This document shows positions 62,737 to 64,000 of a stretch of DNA of 64,000 bases, in pieces. Origin of the DNA: Octopus bimaculoides (Eukaryota); assembly GCF_001194135.2 (NCBI RefSeq), contig NC_068982.1, positions 115,282,989 through 115,346,988 of the forward strand, given 5' to 3'. Position 1 is the first letter of the stretch. The number at the start of each line of letters is the position of its first letter. Below the pieces are notes generated by a model. The model saw only the letters and a program-made list of their open reading frames with translations, made no database searches and was not told the DNA's origin. The translations under genes and the position numbers were made by a program.

Positions 62737-63937
62737 ACTGGATTTCGCAATTAATTTCAATTGCCGAAAGCAATCGCAGTAATGAAAACTTGGGAATCCA
62801 AAATTTCAGGATTGTGAGTTCAGATTCAGCCTGGAATGTTTGTAATTTACCCACAGATATCAAAATAATATTATATGTTTGGTTACAGCCTCTAAGAGCA
62901 AAGTTGATAAAGTGTGACACTGACATTCGCACTTACTCTGTTAGATGATGTTATACAAGTATGTAGCTTCCTAAAACACACTATTTTCATGGGGAAAAAT
63001 TTTGTTGAACCCATACTGTCATGGTAATGCTGATGCAAAAGGACTAGTACTTCAGTTTAGTACTTATTTTACTGTTGTCTAGTTTATTGTATGTTCCAAT
63101 TCACAAGCTTTTAAATTGCATGAATGAACACCGACAACATACAAATGACATGCTTTAGCAGTTTCTATCTATATAATTTTATTAATAATAATATAGATTT
63201 AATCAAAAGATTAAATGTGGTACTTAAAATGTTTGAGGCACCAGAATTTGGTAGGATAAAAACCAAAAACAAAATCAAGAGATTTGGTGAATAAATAAAT
63301 AATTTTCTTAAAATAACAGTCAAAGTATAATTGAAGTCATTTGCATAAGGTGTCATATAAGAACTAAACAGAAATCACATACTTGTGAAATAAACTCCTT
63401 GACTATAAAAACCACAATTTGCCCATGTTTGTTACAACCCAAAACAAATCCCCCCCCCCCAAAAAAAATAAACTTTAATGCTAGTAATGACATTGCCTAC
63501 ATACTAATTTTGATTTTTGTGCTGTGTAAAAGTGTGAAATTAAAAATTTACTTGGATCAGCTTGTTGCTGCTGCTGTTGTGGATAACCTTGCTGATATGC
63601 TGCTCCCCATGCTTGACCTCCATATGGCTGCTGGCCAGCTGGTGCTTGCTGGCTGTAATGATAGGTGGATGGAAAAAGAAACATGGATTTTTACACATAA
63701 CCCAAACTTGAAGTCTTTAAAGACATCAAATGGAAATAAAAAGACTACATACCTTGGTTGAGCATACTGTCCATACTGATCATACCCTGCCCCAGCTGGA
63801 GGTACACCTGGTGCATTAGGTCCAGAAGGAGCCCCAGGAGCACCATGGGGACCAGCACTCCCAGGTGCTGGAGGAGCTCCAGGTGCACCTGGTGCTCCAG
63901 GTCCAGCTGGTCCATTAGGACCTGGTGGTGGTGGTTG
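59252..63937 (-). CDS. FUBP1: Far upstream element-binding protein (FUBP1/KHSRP/FUBP3/Psi family), 3' part, 4 exons; 5' exons outside window
   Basis: complement(join(63753-63937,63552-63652,61997-62287,59252-59418)) = 744 nt, phases consistent, GT-AG. Pro/Gly-rich linker, then tyrosine motifs NAAAWAAYYAQYY and QPDYSAAWAEYYRQQ, diagnostic of the FUBP C-terminal (DUF1897) repeats. The symbol is family-level only. Confidence 0.93.
60800..61345 (+). mobile_element. Old RTE-LINE reverse transcriptase fragment, antisense within a FUBP intron
   Basis: Plus-strand frames give KEPGINEIPAEAWENGG, IPQNWRD and ETQCESKRGRNTMNMVF, resembling RTE RT motifs KaPG.D.IPAE.wk.gG, vP.dWrd and EsQcGFR.gRsT.dmiF. 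Frameshifted. Confidence 0.75.
61997..62287 (-). CDS. FUBP1: FUBP-family coding exon (first Tyr motif and Gln-rich tract)
   Basis: Acceptor TATCTTTTCCAG; (N)KQAQDANAAAWAAYYAQYYAQYGQYGQYQAQQGG..QQQQP(A); donor G|GTGAGT. Confidence 0.95.
62706..62734. repeat. A29 homopolymer (U29 in the FUBP pre-mRNA)
   Basis: 29 consecutive A. Confidence 0.9.
63552..63652 (-). CDS. FUBP1: FUBP-family coding exon
   Basis: Acceptor CTATCATTACAG; (S)QQAPAGQQPYGGQAWGAAYQQGYPQQQQQQADP(N); donor A|GTAAAT. Confidence 0.9.
63753..63937 (-). CDS. FUBP1: FUBP-family coding exon (Pro/Gly-rich linker after KH4)
   Basis: Acceptor TTGTTTGTTTTAG; QPPPPGPNGPAGPGAPGAPGAPPAPGSAGPHGAPGAPSGPNAPGVPPAGAGYDQYGQYAQP(S); donor AG|GTATGT. 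Confidence 0.9.
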
Positions 63938-64000
63938 CTAAAACAAACAAATTTTACAAATTAAATAAAAACTAAAATTTTAATATCACAAAGTGAAAAA

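Noticed and set aside
63758-63964. Plus-strand 68-aa ORF
   Set aside because: Antisense shadow of the GC-rich Pro/Gly exon.

Overview
AT-rich, repeat-dense eukaryotic scaffold with five N-gaps (8242-8251, 11009-11400, 15392-16043, 24949-25839, 26448-26733). The SINE/RTE/mariner content looks like an octopus genome (inference). Two protein-coding genes are well supported and lie tail-to-tail. (1) A complete 6-exon secretory 2-Cys peroxiredoxin-4 on the + strand (CDS 18583-39944, 246 aa, all splice phases consistent, 15.6-kb first intron). (2) The last four coding exons of a far-upstream-element-binding protein (FUBP1/KHSRP/FUBP3/Psi family) on the - strand (59252-63937; the KH domains lie beyond the right edge). 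The left 40 kb is filled with tRNA-derived SINEs, RTE-LINE 3' ends, CsRN1-like Gypsy fragments and LTRs, hAT MITEs, a decayed mariner and several fold-back elements. The right ~17 kb is TE-poor. The most interesting leads are post-transcriptional features of the FUBP gene: a stop-containing cassette-exon candidate inside an antisense RTE remnant, a candidate 3'UTR intron starting 43 nt after the stop codon with a possible NMD-switch exon, and a possibly ~10-kb 3'UTR with tandem poly(A) sites. Other leads are a cryptic or decayed minus-strand spliced unit at 2-8 kb and long inverted repeats in Prx4 intron 1. No CRISPR, rRNA or true tRNA gene was found. I could not demonstrate a wholly new biological system from sequence alone; all non-coding claims are hypotheses that need RNA data.
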